Of a stretch of DNA of 64,000 bases, positions 29,181 through 39,143 are shown piece after piece; within the stretch, counting starts at the first letter, position 1, and each line of letters opens with the position of its first letter. The notes beneath the pieces are model-generated. The model searched no databases. It was given only the letters and a program-made list of their open reading frames with translations, and was not told where the DNA came from. Origin of the DNA: an uncultured Collinsella sp. (GTDB lineage Bacteria; Actinomycetota; Coriobacteriia; Coriobacteriales; Coriobacteriaceae); assembly GCA_900544995.1 (NCBI GenBank), contig UQXC01000001.1:15752-79751 (forward strand). The letters run 5' to 3'. The position numbers and the translations under genes are program-made.

Positions 29181-30500
29181 ATGCCTACCGATTCCATCCG
29201 TAATGCCGCGTTTTGCGATGTTTTGAACCGCGAGCTTGTCTGCGCGCTCGGCTGTACCGAGCCCATTGCCGTTGCCTATGCAGCAGCGCTGGCGAGCCAG
29301 ACGCTCGGTTGCGAGCCCGATCATATGGATGTTGCCTGCTCGGGCAACATCATCAAGAACGTCAAGAGCGTGACCGTGCCCAACTCGGGCGGTATGCACG
29401 GTATTGAGGCCGCGGCCGTGCTGGGTGCCGTGGGCGGCGACGCTAAGAGCGCGCTCGAGGTGCTCGAGAGCGTTGACGATGAAGACCGTGCTCGCGTGGC
29501 CGAGCTCCTCGCCGACGCCGACTACTGCGATGTGTCGCTTGTCGAGGGTGTGCCCAACCTCTACATCAAGGTGACTGCGACGGCCGGGGGCCATACCGCG
29601 GTCGTCGAGATTACCGATCACCACACCAATGTCACGTGCCATACCCTCGACGGTATTCCGGTGTGCGGCAAGTCGGCGGGGGAGTGTGCCGCCTGCGCCG
29701 AGCGCGTCGTGGCCGAGCGGGCGGCAGATAACGCCGATACGCACATGTCGATTGAGACCATCATCGACTTTATCGAGGACGGTGACATTGAGGACGCCCG
29801 CGCTGCCGTTGAGCGTCAGATTGAGCTGAATGCCGCAATCAGTGCCGAGGGCCTTGCGCACGCTTGGGGCGCCGAGGTGGGTCGTACGCTGCTGGGTGCT
29901 CGTGCCGATGACGTCGCCTGCCGTGCCCGTGCCCGTGCGGCCGCCGGATCCGACGCTCGCATGAACGGCTGCGCGCTGCCGGTCGCCATTGTGTGTGGCT
30001 CGGGCAATCAGGGAATTACCTGCGCATTGCCCGTCATGGAGTATGCTGAGTTCCTGCGCTGCGACCACGAGCACCTGGTGCGCGCCGTGATGCTGTCCGA
30101 TCTTATCGCCGTGCATATCAAGAGCTATATTGGTGCGCTCTCGGCGTTTTGCGGTGCTATTTGCGCCGCGTGCGGCGCCGGCGCCGCGATTACCTGGCTG
30201 TGCGGTGGCACGCGCGAGCAGATTGGCGCGACGGTCTCGAATACGCTCGGTAACGTGGGCGGCATCGTGTGCGACGGTGCCAAGGCGAGCTGTGCCGCCA
30301 AGATCTCGGCTGCCGTCGATGCGGCGATCCTGGGCCATGATATGGCCATGCAGGGCCGCGGCTTCCGCGCCGGCGAGGGCCTGATCCAGGATACCGTTGA
30401 GCAGACAATCGCCAGCATGGGCTACGTGGGCCGCGTAGGCATGAAGGACACCGACATCGAGATCCTCAACATCATGATCGGTAAAACCCAGGTCTGCTAG
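29181..30500 (+). CDS. UPF0597/serine-dehydratase-like family protein (YhaM/CyuA L-cysteine desulfidase type).
   Basis: N-terminal motif LVCALGCTEPIAVAYAA and a Gly/Cys-rich C-terminal half, as in the L-serine dehydratase alpha-like/UPF0597 family. Confidence 0.65.
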   Translation: MPTDSIRNAAFCDVLNRELVCALGCTEPIAVAYAAALASQTLGCEPDHMDVACSGNIIKNVKSVTVPNSGGMHGIEAAAVLGAVGGDAKSALEVLESVDDEDRARVAELLADADYCDVSLVEGVPNLYIKVTATAGGHTAVVEITDHHTNVTCHTLDGIPVCGKSAGECAACAERVVAERAADNADTHMSIETIIDFIEDGDIEDARAAVERQIELNAAISAEGLAHAWGAEVGRTLLGARADDVACRARARAAAGSDARMNGCALPVAIVCGSGNQGITCALPVMEYAEFLRCDHEHLVRAVMLSDLIAVHIKSYIGALSAFCGAICAACGAGAAITWLCGGTREQIGATVSNTLGNVGGIVCDGAKASCAAKISAAVDAAILGHDMAMQGRGFRAGEGLIQDTVEQTIASMGYVGRVGMKDTDIEILNIMIGKTQVC

Positions 30501-30505
30501 ATATT

Positions 30506-30573
30506 AAGTTGCGGTGAGATAGTTCCTAAAATTACCCGGGTGAGGGGCAAACAGGAACTATCTCACCGCAACT
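30506..30573. repeat. MITE/REP-like palindromic repeat, copy R3.
   Basis: aagttgcggtgagatagttcctaaaattacccgggtgaggggcaaacaggaactatctcaccgcaact. Coordinates approximate. Confidence 0.7.
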
Positions 30574-30592
30574 GCGCTAGATGTTCTGGCGC

Positions 30593-31351
30593 CTACGATA
30601 GTTCGTCGGCTATTTGGTGCTCGTAGAAGGCCTCGATTACGGCGTTAAAGTCGCGGGCGAAGTCTTCCATGGTTCCGCGCCAGGTGGCTCGGCTGGGCTT
30701 GCCTTGGCCCACAAAGGCGGTTTGGATGCCGCAATCGGGGGACGGGAAGTCGCGTTTGGGATCGTTGCCCACCATAAGGACCTCGTGCGGTTCGAGCCCC
30801 ATCACCTGAAGCTGCTCTAGATAGTAGGTGGCATCGGGCTTGCAGCGGGTGGTGTTTCCCATGTGCGTGACGAGCTCAAAGGGAGCGTCGGCCAGGTCGC
30901 CCCAACCCATGCGGCACTCGATGGCCCCCTGGGGAAAGCTGGGGTTGGTAAAGAGCGCGCAACGCAGCCCTGCGTCCTGTACGGCCTGGAGCGCGGCGTG
31001 TGCGCCCGGCATGGCGTGGGCGTTAATGACATCGTCGTTCTTGTACGGAAGAACTTCGCGGTCATAGTAGGTAAACGCCTCGTAGATGAGGGGATCGGAG
31101 AGGCGGATCCCGCATCGGCGCTCGACCTCTTCTTGGTAAAACTCAAGATTGGTTCGGTTGTCCGTGCCGCTGCGGCGATTGGCGTTGAGGTCGACCAGGA
31201 TGGTGCCGAGGCGTGCCATCGTGCCACCGCGGCTGCGGCGCCCGATATCCGCGAGCATCGAAGAGACATCCTTAAAATAGCGAAGGATGAACGCGTTGAG
31301 GTTGATGCTGAGAAGCGTCTCGTCCATATCGAAAACGACTGCTTTGAGCAC
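30593..31351 (-). CDS. HAD-superfamily hydrolase.
   Basis: N-terminal DxD motif (VVFDMDETLL) and conserved downstream motifs (…GNDPKRDF…). Confidence 0.7.
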   Translation of the reverse strand: MLKAVVFDMDETLLSINLNAFILRYFKDVSSMLADIGRRSRGGTMARLGTILVDLNANRRSGTDNRTNLEFYQEEVERRCGIRLSDPLIYEAFTYYDREVLPYKNDDVINAHAMPGAHAALQAVQDAGLRCALFTNPSFPQGAIECRMGWGDLADAPFELVTHMGNTTRCKPDATYYLEQLQVMGLEPHEVLMVGNDPKRDFPSPDCGIQTAFVGQGKPSRATWRGTMEDFARDFNAVIEAFYEHQIADELS

Positions 31352-31666
31352 GCGGGCACCTTTCTCGAAAAATCGATCTAGAATCGTTGGCTCCGGATAC
31401 TTTACCCCAAAGCCGAATGCCTAGCCGGTTATCGTCAAGTTGCGGAGACGTGTGTTCATAAGATTACGAAAAAGTCTCCACACGAGTAAAAAATCGCAGT
31501 TCACGCTTGAAATCGAACTCATTTCCCCGTAACCTATACGAACGTGATTGCATAAGCGTCACATTAGTATCTGTCGGCTCCCGAGTGTTCCTAAACGTTG
31601 TGTGCTTGTCGCACCCTTCTGTAGGTCCTAGCAATCGGGGCCCCGTAGTTCGAAAGGGGTCCACCT

Positions 31667-32833
31667 TTGAGTGAGATTCAGAACTCGTCCATTTTCTCTC
31701 TTGACGATGTCAATGAGGAGGAGATGAACAACCTCATCGACGGTACGATTACCGACTTTGATGAGGGCGATCTCGTTAACGGCACTGTCGTTAAGATCGA
31801 GCATGACGAGGTGCTCGTTGACATCGGATTCAAGTCCGAGGGCGTTATCCCGGTCCGCGAGCTGTCCATCCGCAAGGACGCTAACCCTGCAGACATCGTT
31901 GCACTCGGTGATCCCATCGAGGCTCTGGTTCTCCAGAAGGAGGACAAGGACGGTCGTCTGGTCCTGTCCAAGAAGCGTGCCGAGTACGAGCGTGCTTGGA
32001 ACCGCATCGAGGAGAAGTTCAACTCCGGCGAGAACGTCGAGGGCGAGGTTATCGAGGTTGTCAAGGGCGGCCTGATCCTCGACATCGGCCTGCGTGGCTT
32101 CCTGCCTGCTTCCCTCGTCGACCTCCGTCGCGTCAAGGACCTCACCTCTTACATGGGCACCCGCATCGAGGCCCGCGTCATCGAGATGGACCGCAACCGC
32201 AACAACGTTGTCCTCTCCCGTCGCGTCGTGCTCGAGGAGTCCCGTAAGGCCGAGCGCTCCGAGATCCTGTCCAAGCTCAAGTCTGGCATGCGTCTCCAGG
32301 GCACCGTTTCCTCCATCGTCGACTTCGGCGCCTTCGTCGACCTCGGCGGTATCGACGGCCTCATCCACATCTCCGAGCTCTCTTGGAACCACGTCAACCA
32401 TCCTTCCGAGGTTGTCAAGGTCGGCCAGGAGGTCGAGGTCGAGGTTCTCGACGTCGATCTCAACCGCGAGCGCATCTCCCTGGGTCTCAAGCAGACCACC
32501 GAGGATCCGTGGCGCGCACTGGTCAAGAAGTACCCCGTCGGCGCTATTGTCGAGGGCACTGTGACCAAGCTTGTCCCGTTCGGCGCTTTCGTCGATCTGG
32601 GCGAGGGCATCGAGGGCCTGGTGCACATCTCCGAGATGGCCAACAAGCACGTCGATCAGCCTTCTCAGGTCACCCACGTGGGCGACAAGGTTCAGGTCAA
32701 GGTCATGGAGATCGACCTCGACCGTCGTCGTATCTCCCTGTCCATGAAGTCCGCTGCTGAGACTCTGGGCGTCGAGATCGAGGTCACCCCGCTGCCTTCC
32801 GAGAAGAAGGACGAGGAGACCGATGCCGAGTAA
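31667..32833 (+). CDS. rpsA: 30S ribosomal protein S1 (four S1 domains, short form).
   Basis: Repeated S1 domains (GxVxG…FGAFVDLGGIDGLIHISE). A TTG start is preceded by an AAAGGGG SD. Confidence 0.85.
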   Translation: MSEIQNSSIFSLDDVNEEEMNNLIDGTITDFDEGDLVNGTVVKIEHDEVLVDIGFKSEGVIPVRELSIRKDANPADIVALGDPIEALVLQKEDKDGRLVLSKKRAEYERAWNRIEEKFNSGENVEGEVIEVVKGGLILDIGLRGFLPASLVDLRRVKDLTSYMGTRIEARVIEMDRNRNNVVLSRRVVLEESRKAERSEILSKLKSGMRLQGTVSSIVDFGAFVDLGGIDGLIHISELSWNHVNHPSEVVKVGQEVEVEVLDVDLNRERISLGLKQTTEDPWRALVKKYPVGAIVEGTVTKLVPFGAFVDLGEGIEGLVHISEMANKHVDQPSQVTHVGDKVQVKVMEIDLDRRRISLSMKSAAETLGVEIEVTPLPSEKKDEETDAE

Positions 32834-32859
32834 ATCGGTTTGACGATCACTTGTTTTAA

Positions 32860-32891
32860 GGGATCCGTCCGCAATGGACGGATCCCTTTTT
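32860..32891 (+). terminator. Rho-independent terminator after rpsA.
   Basis: gggatccgtccgcaatggacggatccc followed by TTTTT. Confidence 0.85.
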
Positions 32892-33141
32892 GCATTTGAC
32901 GCCGAGATGCGCGATGCTGCCGGGCTGTCCACAGGCTATTGGATTGTCGGTGCATGAAAAAATGCCGACATCCCGCCTCGGGGAGGAGGCGGGAACGCAC
33001 CGAGTAGACGGAGGGGTGCGGAGCGCGGTCGCGTCTCGACTGACGACGTTGCCCATCGACAGGACCATTGTAACGCATGGCGGTTCTTGGTTTATCGTGT
33101 CGAGCGTTTGCGTTGTGCCATTGCCTGCGGCAACGGTGTGT

Positions 33142-33524
33142 TACACTCTTGCACTGCTGAGTGGGCCAGACGGTCGCGCGATGTGCTGCTTGCAGCACGC
33201 GTGAGGAAAGTCCGGGCTCCAGAGGGCGGGATGCCGGCTAACGGCCGGGCGGAGTGATCCGACGGAAAGCGCCGCAGAAAAGAAGACTCCCACCTGCGCC
33301 GCAAGGCGTAAAGGGAAAAGCTGAAACGGTGGTGTAAGAGACCACCAGCGTCGTGGCAACACGGCGGCTTGGCAAGCCCCATCCGGAGCAAGCGCGAATA
33401 GGAACGCTATGGGCCGGCCCGGTCCGCGTTCGGGTAGCGTGCGTGGAGCTGCATGGTAACGTGCAGACAAGATAAATGACCGTTCACGACAGAACCCGGC
33501 TTATCGGCCCACTCGGCACTTTGT
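33142..33524 (+). ncRNA. rnpB: RNase P RNA (bacterial type A).
   Basis: Universal motifs are present: GGAAAGUCCGGGCUCCAGAGGGCGGGAUGCCGGCUAACGGCC, GUAAGAGACCACCAGCG and CACGACAGAACCCGGCUUAUCGGCC. A P1 helix pairs cactgctgagtgggcc with ggcccactcggcact. A -35/-10 promoter (ttgcgt…tacact) lies just upstream. Confidence 0.9.
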
Positions 33525-33533
33525 TGACGCTGC

Positions 33534-33631
33534 GACGGCGTCAGCTGGCCGATTTGGCGCTCATTCGTCGGTCGCCGCCATAAGGCGTGCTCCCTCCTCT
33601 TTCGGGCCAAATCGACTCAGCTGACGCCGTC
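33534..33631. repeat. Long imperfect inverted repeat immediately downstream of rnpB.
   Basis: gacggcgtcagctggccgatttggc … gccaaatcgactcagctgacgccgtc, with 14+9 bp of pairing around a ~45-nt loop containing CCUCCUC. Confidence 0.55.
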
Positions 33632-33745
33632 TCGCTGTCTTTGCCTGATCATCGGCGTCGCCGTTCTATTTATCGGGGTTATCGGTACGGCCTTTGCCGT
33701 ATTATTGAGGCTGTTTGTTGCCGCGCTTAGTTTTGTTAAGGGGCT

Positions 33746-34384
33746 TTGTTGGACAGCTATTTTACTCTGCAATCGAATAATGAGGCTACGGGCGAGTTTG
33801 TGGACCGCAAGAGCCGGTTTATTGCCCAGCTGGTCCATATTGAGTCCGAGGATGAGGCGAATGCCTTTATCGAGATGGTTCGCAAGCGTCATTACGACGC
33901 TCGACACAATGTTCCCGCGTGGATTTTGGTCGATGGACGCGAGCGCCAGAGCGATGATGGTGAGCCGAGCCGCACGAGCGGTATGCCGACGCTCGAGGTG
34001 TTGCGCGGTGCGGAGCTCAAAAATGTTTGCTGCGTAGTGACGCGCTATTTTGGCGGCACGCTGTTGGGGCCGGGCGGCCTGGTTCGCGCCTATACTGCGG
34101 CGACGCAAGCGGCGGTGGCCGCGGCTCAGGAGGCCGGGCGGATCGTCGAGATGACGAGTGTCGTGCCTGTTGACGTGCATGTGGCCTATCCGCAGTATGA
34201 GCAGGTGCTTCGCTTGGCCCAGGATTCCGGTGCCAAGGTTTCGGATACCGAGTACGCGGATGCCGTGACACTTCATTTGGTGTTTAAGGCGGGGGAGCAG
34301 GAGTCGTTTTGCGCTAAGATGCGCGAGCTTATGGCGGGGCGCGAAGAGATTGAGGTCAGCACTCCCGAATTTGCCGAGTTCTAA
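33746..34384 (+). CDS. YigZ/IMPACT-family protein (UPF0029).
   Basis: N-terminal IMPACT-domain pattern (…FVDRKSRFIAQLVHIESEDEA…HNVPAW…) and a C-terminal DUF1949-like segment. The start is a TTG with an AAGGGG SD. Confidence 0.7.
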   Translation: MLDSYFTLQSNNEATGEFVDRKSRFIAQLVHIESEDEANAFIEMVRKRHYDARHNVPAWILVDGRERQSDDGEPSRTSGMPTLEVLRGAELKNVCCVVTRYFGGTLLGPGGLVRAYTAATQAAVAAAQEAGRIVEMTSVVPVDVHVAYPQYEQVLRLAQDSGAKVSDTEYADAVTLHLVFKAGEQESFCAKMRELMAGREEIEVSTPEFAEF

Positions 34385-34451
34385 CGGCGACGGCCGGCGT
34401 GCTTTTGGACGGATCCCAAGCACACCGACCGTCGTTTTATGTCGCTGCCGT

Positions 34452-34898
34452 TTACTCGGCGAGCTGCTTTAGTACATCACAGGCGATTTCGACGGCATCG
34501 TCGATGCAACCGGGACAGCTGCGGAGCGGACCCTTGTCCGATCCGATGCCCTTGAGCGTGCCGCAGACGGTCGTCGTGTTCTTCTCGCCAAAGCGCTTGG
34601 CAATCTCGCGCGACAGCTTGTAGGTCTGGCCCTTGGTCTTCGGGTTTTCCATGCCATCGCTCATTACAAAGCCCATGATGGCCACGGCGCCCGAGATGGC
34701 GCCGCAGGTCTCGGTCATACCGCCCATGCCGGCGCCAAAGCCCTCGGTGAGGGTAAAGGCGACCTGGGGGTCGAGCCCGACAGCGGGCGCGAGCGTGCAG
34801 GCGACGGCCTGGGCGCAGTTAAAGCCACGGGCGTGGTATTCGGCAGCCTGAGCCTGACAGGCGGTGATGTCGAGCTGGGCCGTATCGATTTGCTTCAT
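34452..34898 (-). CDS. C_GCAxxG_C_C-family putative redox-active protein.
   Basis: Motifs GFNCAQAV… and …TCGAISGA… plus C-terminal CPGC. The start is at 34898 with a GGAGACAAC SD. Confidence 0.65.
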   Translation of the reverse strand: MKQIDTAQLDITACQAQAAEYHARGFNCAQAVACTLAPAVGLDPQVAFTLTEGFGAGMGGMTETCGAISGAVAIMGFVMSDGMENPKTKGQTYKLSREIAKRFGEKNTTTVCGTLKGIGSDKGPLRSCPGCIDDAVEIACDVLKQLAE

Positions 34899-35128
34899 CG
34901 TTGTCTCCTTGGTTACGGTGTACCCGCCTATGGTACCCGTGACGGGGCATGTAATCATCGAGAGCTTCATGTATGCCTCGTTTTTATCTATCGAGCAAAT
35001 GCCCAAGGCTTGAGATAAATACCTCTGATCAATTTGTCCCTTAACCTACCTTGGGGATGGGTTGAGAGGGGTGCAGGGTAGCGGTATCGTGAACCGAATA
35101 AAATGTAACCCAGGCAAGGGAGCTAGAT

Positions 35129-36412
35129 ATGAGCGAGCAGACCATCGGAACTACATGTGTTCAGGGCGGCTATCACCCGGGAGATGCGGAGCCGCGCCAG
35201 GTGCCCATCTACCAGTCCACCACGTGGAAGTACGACACGTCCGAGCACATGGGTAAGCTGTTTGACCTAGAGGAGTCGGGCTACTTCTACAGCCGTTTGC
35301 AGAACCCCACGTGCGATCTCGTTGCCGCCAAGATCTGCGAGATGGAGGGCGGCACCGCTGCGATGCTCACGAGCTCGGGCATGGCTGCGAATTTCCTCGC
35401 GATCTTTAACGTGGTCGGTGCCGGCGATCATGTGGTCGCGAGCTCTGCCATTTACGGCGGTACGTATAACCTGCTCGCCCACACCATGGGCCGCATGGGC
35501 GTGACCTGCACGTTCGTTGCCCCCGACTGCACCGACGAGGAGCTCGAGGCGGCATTTGAGCCCAATACCAAGCTCGTCTTTGGCGAGACGATCGCCAACC
35601 CCGCCCTTGCTGTGCTCGATATTGAGCGCTTTGCCAAGGCCGCACATGACCACGGCGTGCCGCTGATGGTCGACAACACCTTCCCGACGCCCGTGATGTG
35701 CCGTCCCTTTGAGTGGGGCGCCGACATCGTTACGCACTCCACCACCAAGTACATGGATGGACATGCTGCCTACCTGGGTGGCGTGATTGTCGACCACGGC
35801 CAGTTTGACTGGATGGCCCATGCAGACAAGTTCCCGGGTCTCACCACGCCCGACGAGAGCTACCACGGCGTGACGTATGCCGAGAAGTTCGGTCGCGAGG
35901 GTGCCTTCATTACCAAGGCAACCGCTCAGCTCATGCGCGACCTCGGCCCCATGCAGAACCCGCAGGCGGCGTTCTTCTTGAACAGCTCGCTCGAGAGCCT
36001 GCATGTGCGCATGCCGCGTCATTGCGAGAACGGCCTGGCCGTTGCCAAGTTCCTGCAGAGCCATCCCAAGGTGCGCTTCGTGAGCTATCCGGGCCTGGAG
36101 GGCGACAAGTACTATGACCTCGCTCAGAAGTACATGCCAAACGGTACCTGCGGCGTTGTGAGCTTTGGCTTTAATGCTGGTCGCGCGGCGGCCGAGACCT
36201 TTATGAAGAGCCTCAAGCTCGCCCAGATCGCCACGCATGTGGCCGACGCCCGCACCTGCTGCCTGCATCCCGCTAATGCCACGCATCGTCAGATGAACGA
36301 TGAGGAGCTCATCGCCTGTGGCATCTCCGCCGACATGGTGCGCCTGTCGTGCGGCCTCGAGGATACGGCCGATCTGATTGCCGACCTTGAGCAGGCGCTC
36401 GAGCAGTGCTAG
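35129..36412 (+). CDS. metY: O-acetylhomoserine aminocarboxypropyltransferase / methionine gamma-lyase family PLP enzyme.
   Basis: Cys/Met-metabolism PLP-dependent family. The PLP-binding lysine lies in the region HSTTKYMDGH. It is 427 aa. Confidence 0.8.
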   Translation: MSEQTIGTTCVQGGYHPGDAEPRQVPIYQSTTWKYDTSEHMGKLFDLEESGYFYSRLQNPTCDLVAAKICEMEGGTAAMLTSSGMAANFLAIFNVVGAGDHVVASSAIYGGTYNLLAHTMGRMGVTCTFVAPDCTDEELEAAFEPNTKLVFGETIANPALAVLDIERFAKAAHDHGVPLMVDNTFPTPVMCRPFEWGADIVTHSTTKYMDGHAAYLGGVIVDHGQFDWMAHADKFPGLTTPDESYHGVTYAEKFGREGAFITKATAQLMRDLGPMQNPQAAFFLNSSLESLHVRMPRHCENGLAVAKFLQSHPKVRFVSYPGLEGDKYYDLAQKYMPNGTCGVVSFGFNAGRAAAETFMKSLKLAQIATHVADARTCCLHPANATHRQMNDEELIACGISADMVRLSCGLEDTADLIADLEQALEQC

Positions 36413-36553
36413 GCTAGCGTTCGCACAAGGCGCCGATGCTGGCAGAAAGCTTCGGTGGCCTTTCGTTCCGATTCCGTAGGCGGGACCCCAATTGCGACTG
36501 TTTACAGGCGATTGGGGCCCCGTTTTTGCGTTGCGCCACTCGAAAGGATGGAT

Positions 36554-37858
36554 ATGGAGAAAACTGCAGAGCAGCTGCGCCGCGAGCATATTGCCCTAGA
36601 GGGCGACACCCATGGCAAGAACAAATGGGCGATTCTATTTACCGTGCTCATCATGACGTTTATGGTGTGTTTGGATTCGACCGTCGTGACCGTGGCGCTG
36701 CCCGTGATGCAAAAGGAGCTGGGCGTGGGCCTCGATCGCATTCAGCTGGTGAGCTCGGTGTACCTGCTTGCGACATGCGTGGCTATGTTGCCGTTTGGCC
36801 GTCTGGGCGACGTGCGCGGCAAGGTGAATGTGTTCCAGCTGGGCGTCTTCGTCTTTTCGGTCGGTTCGCTGCTGTGCGGCCTTTCGTCCTCGCTCGAGGT
36901 TCTTATCCTGGCACGCATTGTTCAGGGTGTCGGTTGCGCGGCGGCCATGGCCAACAACATGGGTATCATCACCGAGTCGTTTCCGGCGCGCGAACGAGGC
37001 CGTGCCATGGGTATTCTCGCGACCTTCGTGGCCCTCGGCATGATGTGTGGCCCCGTGCTCGGTGGCATGCTGGTGGCAAGCTTTCCCTGGGAGAGCATCT
37101 TCCTCATCAACCTGCCCATTGGCGTCATCTCGTTTATCGTGGGGCTCTACACGTTGCCGCATGTTAAGCCGGAGGCCGGCGACCGTCCCATGTCCCTTGC
37201 CGAGGCCGCTCGTCGCTGCTTTGCAAATTCGGCCTTTACCATCAACCTTGCCTGCATGCTCATCGTGTTCGTTGGTATTGGCGCATCCGAGTTTATCCTG
37301 CCGTTCTATTTTCAGGACGCCCACGGCTTTGGTTCCGACATTTCCGGATTGCTGTTTTTGGCGCTGCCGATGGTGAATGCCTTTATCGGCCCGCTTTCGG
37401 GAACGGTTTCGGACCGTGTTGGCTGCGAGGGTCCTACGGCGGTTGGCCTGGGCGTGTACGTGTGCGGTCTCTTTGCGGTAAGCACGCTCGACGAGCACTC
37501 TTCTATCCCTGTGATCGTGTGCTGCGTCGCATTTATGTCGTGCGGTACGTCGATTTTCCAGAGCCCTAACAATTCGTTGTATATGGGCTCGGCTCCGCGC
37601 GAAGCACTCGGCTTCGCGGGCAGCCTGGGTAGCCTGGCGCGCTATGCGGGTATGGCACTCGGCATTACGGTGGCGTCGAATATCCTGTATGGGCAGATGA
37701 GCGTGGCGATGGGCGAGGCCGTGACTAGTTTTGTTGCAGGCCGTCCGGATGTATTCCTATTCGGCTTTCGCTCGGTGTTCTACGTGCTCATGGCTGTGGC
37801 CGCTGTGGGCTTTGCGCTCGCCATGGTGCGTTTGGTGAGGATGCGCGCCCGCCATTAG
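36554..37858 (+). CDS. MFS transporter (DHA2/EmrB-like, ~14 TMS).
   Basis: MFS motifs (LGRLGDVRGK) and many TM segments. The start is chosen at MEKTAEQ. Confidence 0.75.
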   Translation: MEKTAEQLRREHIALEGDTHGKNKWAILFTVLIMTFMVCLDSTVVTVALPVMQKELGVGLDRIQLVSSVYLLATCVAMLPFGRLGDVRGKVNVFQLGVFVFSVGSLLCGLSSSLEVLILARIVQGVGCAAAMANNMGIITESFPARERGRAMGILATFVALGMMCGPVLGGMLVASFPWESIFLINLPIGVISFIVGLYTLPHVKPEAGDRPMSLAEAARRCFANSAFTINLACMLIVFVGIGASEFILPFYFQDAHGFGSDISGLLFLALPMVNAFIGPLSGTVSDRVGCEGPTAVGLGVYVCGLFAVSTLDEHSSIPVIVCCVAFMSCGTSIFQSPNNSLYMGSAPREALGFAGSLGSLARYAGMALGITVASNILYGQMSVAMGEAVTSFVAGRPDVFLFGFRSVFYVLMAVAAVGFALAMVRLVRMRARH

Positions 37859-38015
37859 TGCGTTGGGAGGCTGTCTGCCACGATTTGCGTTGTCCCAAAA
37901 AGACTGGTTTGTGGTGCGATGCGGCTTGTGGGGCGGGCGGGGGTCGGTCCGTGGTAGACTATCGTACAACGTTTATTAATCGCGCGGTATCGTTGCCGCG
38001 AGAAGGGGTTGCGCC

Positions 38016-38594
38016 ATGCAGGAGCTTGAGGATCGTATTCGCCATGACGGCATCGTAAAGGCCGGTAACGTCCTTAAGGTTGATGCCTTCCTCAACCACC
38101 AGTGCGACGTTGAGCTGTTCGACCACATGGGTGCCGAGTGGGCCCGTCTGTTCGAGGGTGTCGAGATCAACAAGATCCTGACGATTGAGGCTTCGGGCAT
38201 TGGCATGGCCTGCATCGCAGCTCAGCATTTTGGCGGCGTGCCGGTGGTCTTTGCCAAGAAGGCGCAGTCCATCAACCTCGATGGCGAGCAGTATGCCACG
38301 ACCATCTACTCCTTCACCAAGCAGAAGGAGTACCCGGTCATTGTAGGTAAGCGCTTCCTGTCCGAGGGTGACAAGGTCCTGATCATCGACGACTTCTTGG
38401 CCAACGGCTGCGCGCTCGAGGGTCTTATCAAGATCTGCGAGGCTGCGGGCGCCGAAGTTGCCGGCATTGGCATCGCCGTTGAGAAGGGCTTCCAGGGCGG
38501 TGGCGATAAGCTCCGCGAGCGCGGCTTCCGCGTTGAGAGCCTCGCCCGTATCGCCGATATGGACTGCGATACTGGCGAGATCACCTTCGCCTAA
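38016..38594 (+). CDS. xpt: Xanthine phosphoribosyltransferase.
   Basis: N-terminal [29 protein letters not shown] and the PRPP-binding [11 protein letters not shown] motif. Confidence 0.8.
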   Translation: MQELEDRIRHDGIVKAGNVLKVDAFLNHQCDVELFDHMGAEWARLFEGVEINKILTIEASGIGMACIAAQHFGGVPVVFAKKAQSINLDGEQYATTIYSFTKQKEYPVIVGKRFLSEGDKVLIIDDFLANGCALEGLIKICEAAGAEVAGIGIAVEKGFQGGGDKLRERGFRVESLARIADMDCDTGEITFA

Positions 38595-38622
38595 GCGCGC
38601 AACACAAGCGATTGGTATGCGA

Positions 38623-38657
38623 TGTGACAAAGGGACTGTCCCTTTGTCACATTTTTT
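38623..38657 (+). terminator. Terminator after xpt with the conserved core caaagggactgtccctttg.
   Basis: tgtgacaaaggga-ctg-tccctttgtcaca (13-bp stem) followed by TTTTTT. Confidence 0.8.
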
Positions 38658-38675
38658 ATGAGGGGAGGTGTTGAT

Positions 38676-39056
38676 ATGGATGAGAACAAGATGGGATGGC
38701 GCGAGTATGCGCGCTATGCCGAGATGTCGGTCGAGGAGTTGGCGCGCGATTGCGAGGTGCAGGTGTTTCGCGCGACAGGTCCGGGCGGACAGGGCGTGAA
38801 CACGACGGACTCGGCGGTGCGCATGAAACATATCCCTTCGGGGATTGTCGTGACGGCGCGTGAGAGCCGCAGCCAGTTTCAGAATCGCGCGAGCTGTCTG
38901 CGTAAGTTGCGCGCTGAGCTTGAGCGTCGCGGGCGTCCACCGCGCCGACGCGTAAAGACCAAGGTGCCTCAGCGCTCTCGCCAGCGCAGGCTCAACGACA
39001 AGCACTTCAATGCGATTAAAAAGGCCAACCGTCGCAAGCTGGGCGGGGAGGAATGA
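38676..39056 (+). CDS. arfB: Peptidyl-tRNA hydrolase ArfB-like (RF-1 GGQ-domain protein with a basic C-terminal tail).
   Basis: GGQ motif ([16 protein letters not shown]) and a Lys/Arg-rich C-terminus. It is about 127 aa. Confidence 0.75.
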   Translation: MDENKMGWREYARYAEMSVEELARDCEVQVFRATGPGGQGVNTTDSAVRMKHIPSGIVVTARESRSQFQNRASCLRKLRAELERRGRPPRRRVKTKVPQRSRQRRLNDKHFNAIKKANRRKLGGEE

Positions 39057-39066
39057 TCTTCTCAAT

Positions 39067-39135
39067 AAGTTGCGGTGAAATAGGGACTGTTTTGCGGTTT
39101 TAACTGCATAAACAGTCCCTATTTCACCGCAACTT
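39067..39135. repeat. MITE/REP-like palindromic repeat, copy R4.
   Basis: aagttgcggtgaaatagggactgttttgcggttttaactgcataaacagtccctatttcaccgcaactt. Confidence 0.75.
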
Positions 39136-39143
39136 AGGTGGGG

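Noticed and set aside
32890-33204. ORFs of 104-168 aa overlapping the region between rpsA and the IMPACT gene.
   Set aside because: This region is occupied by RNase P RNA (rnpB) and its promoter. The ORFs are frame artefacts over a structured ncRNA.
35007-35128. Possible SAM riboswitch in the metY leader.
   Set aside because: I could not recognise SAM-I, SAM-II or SAM-IV core motifs by eye. The leader is short (~120 nt) and is more likely just the promoter/SD region. It would need a covariance-model scan.
37859-38015. Possible purine riboswitch upstream of xpt, as found in Bacillus.
   Set aside because: The leader is only ~155 nt and lacks the conserved purine-aptamer junctions (UAUA…GAUAUGG…UUUCUACC…). 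There is no convincing three-way junction.
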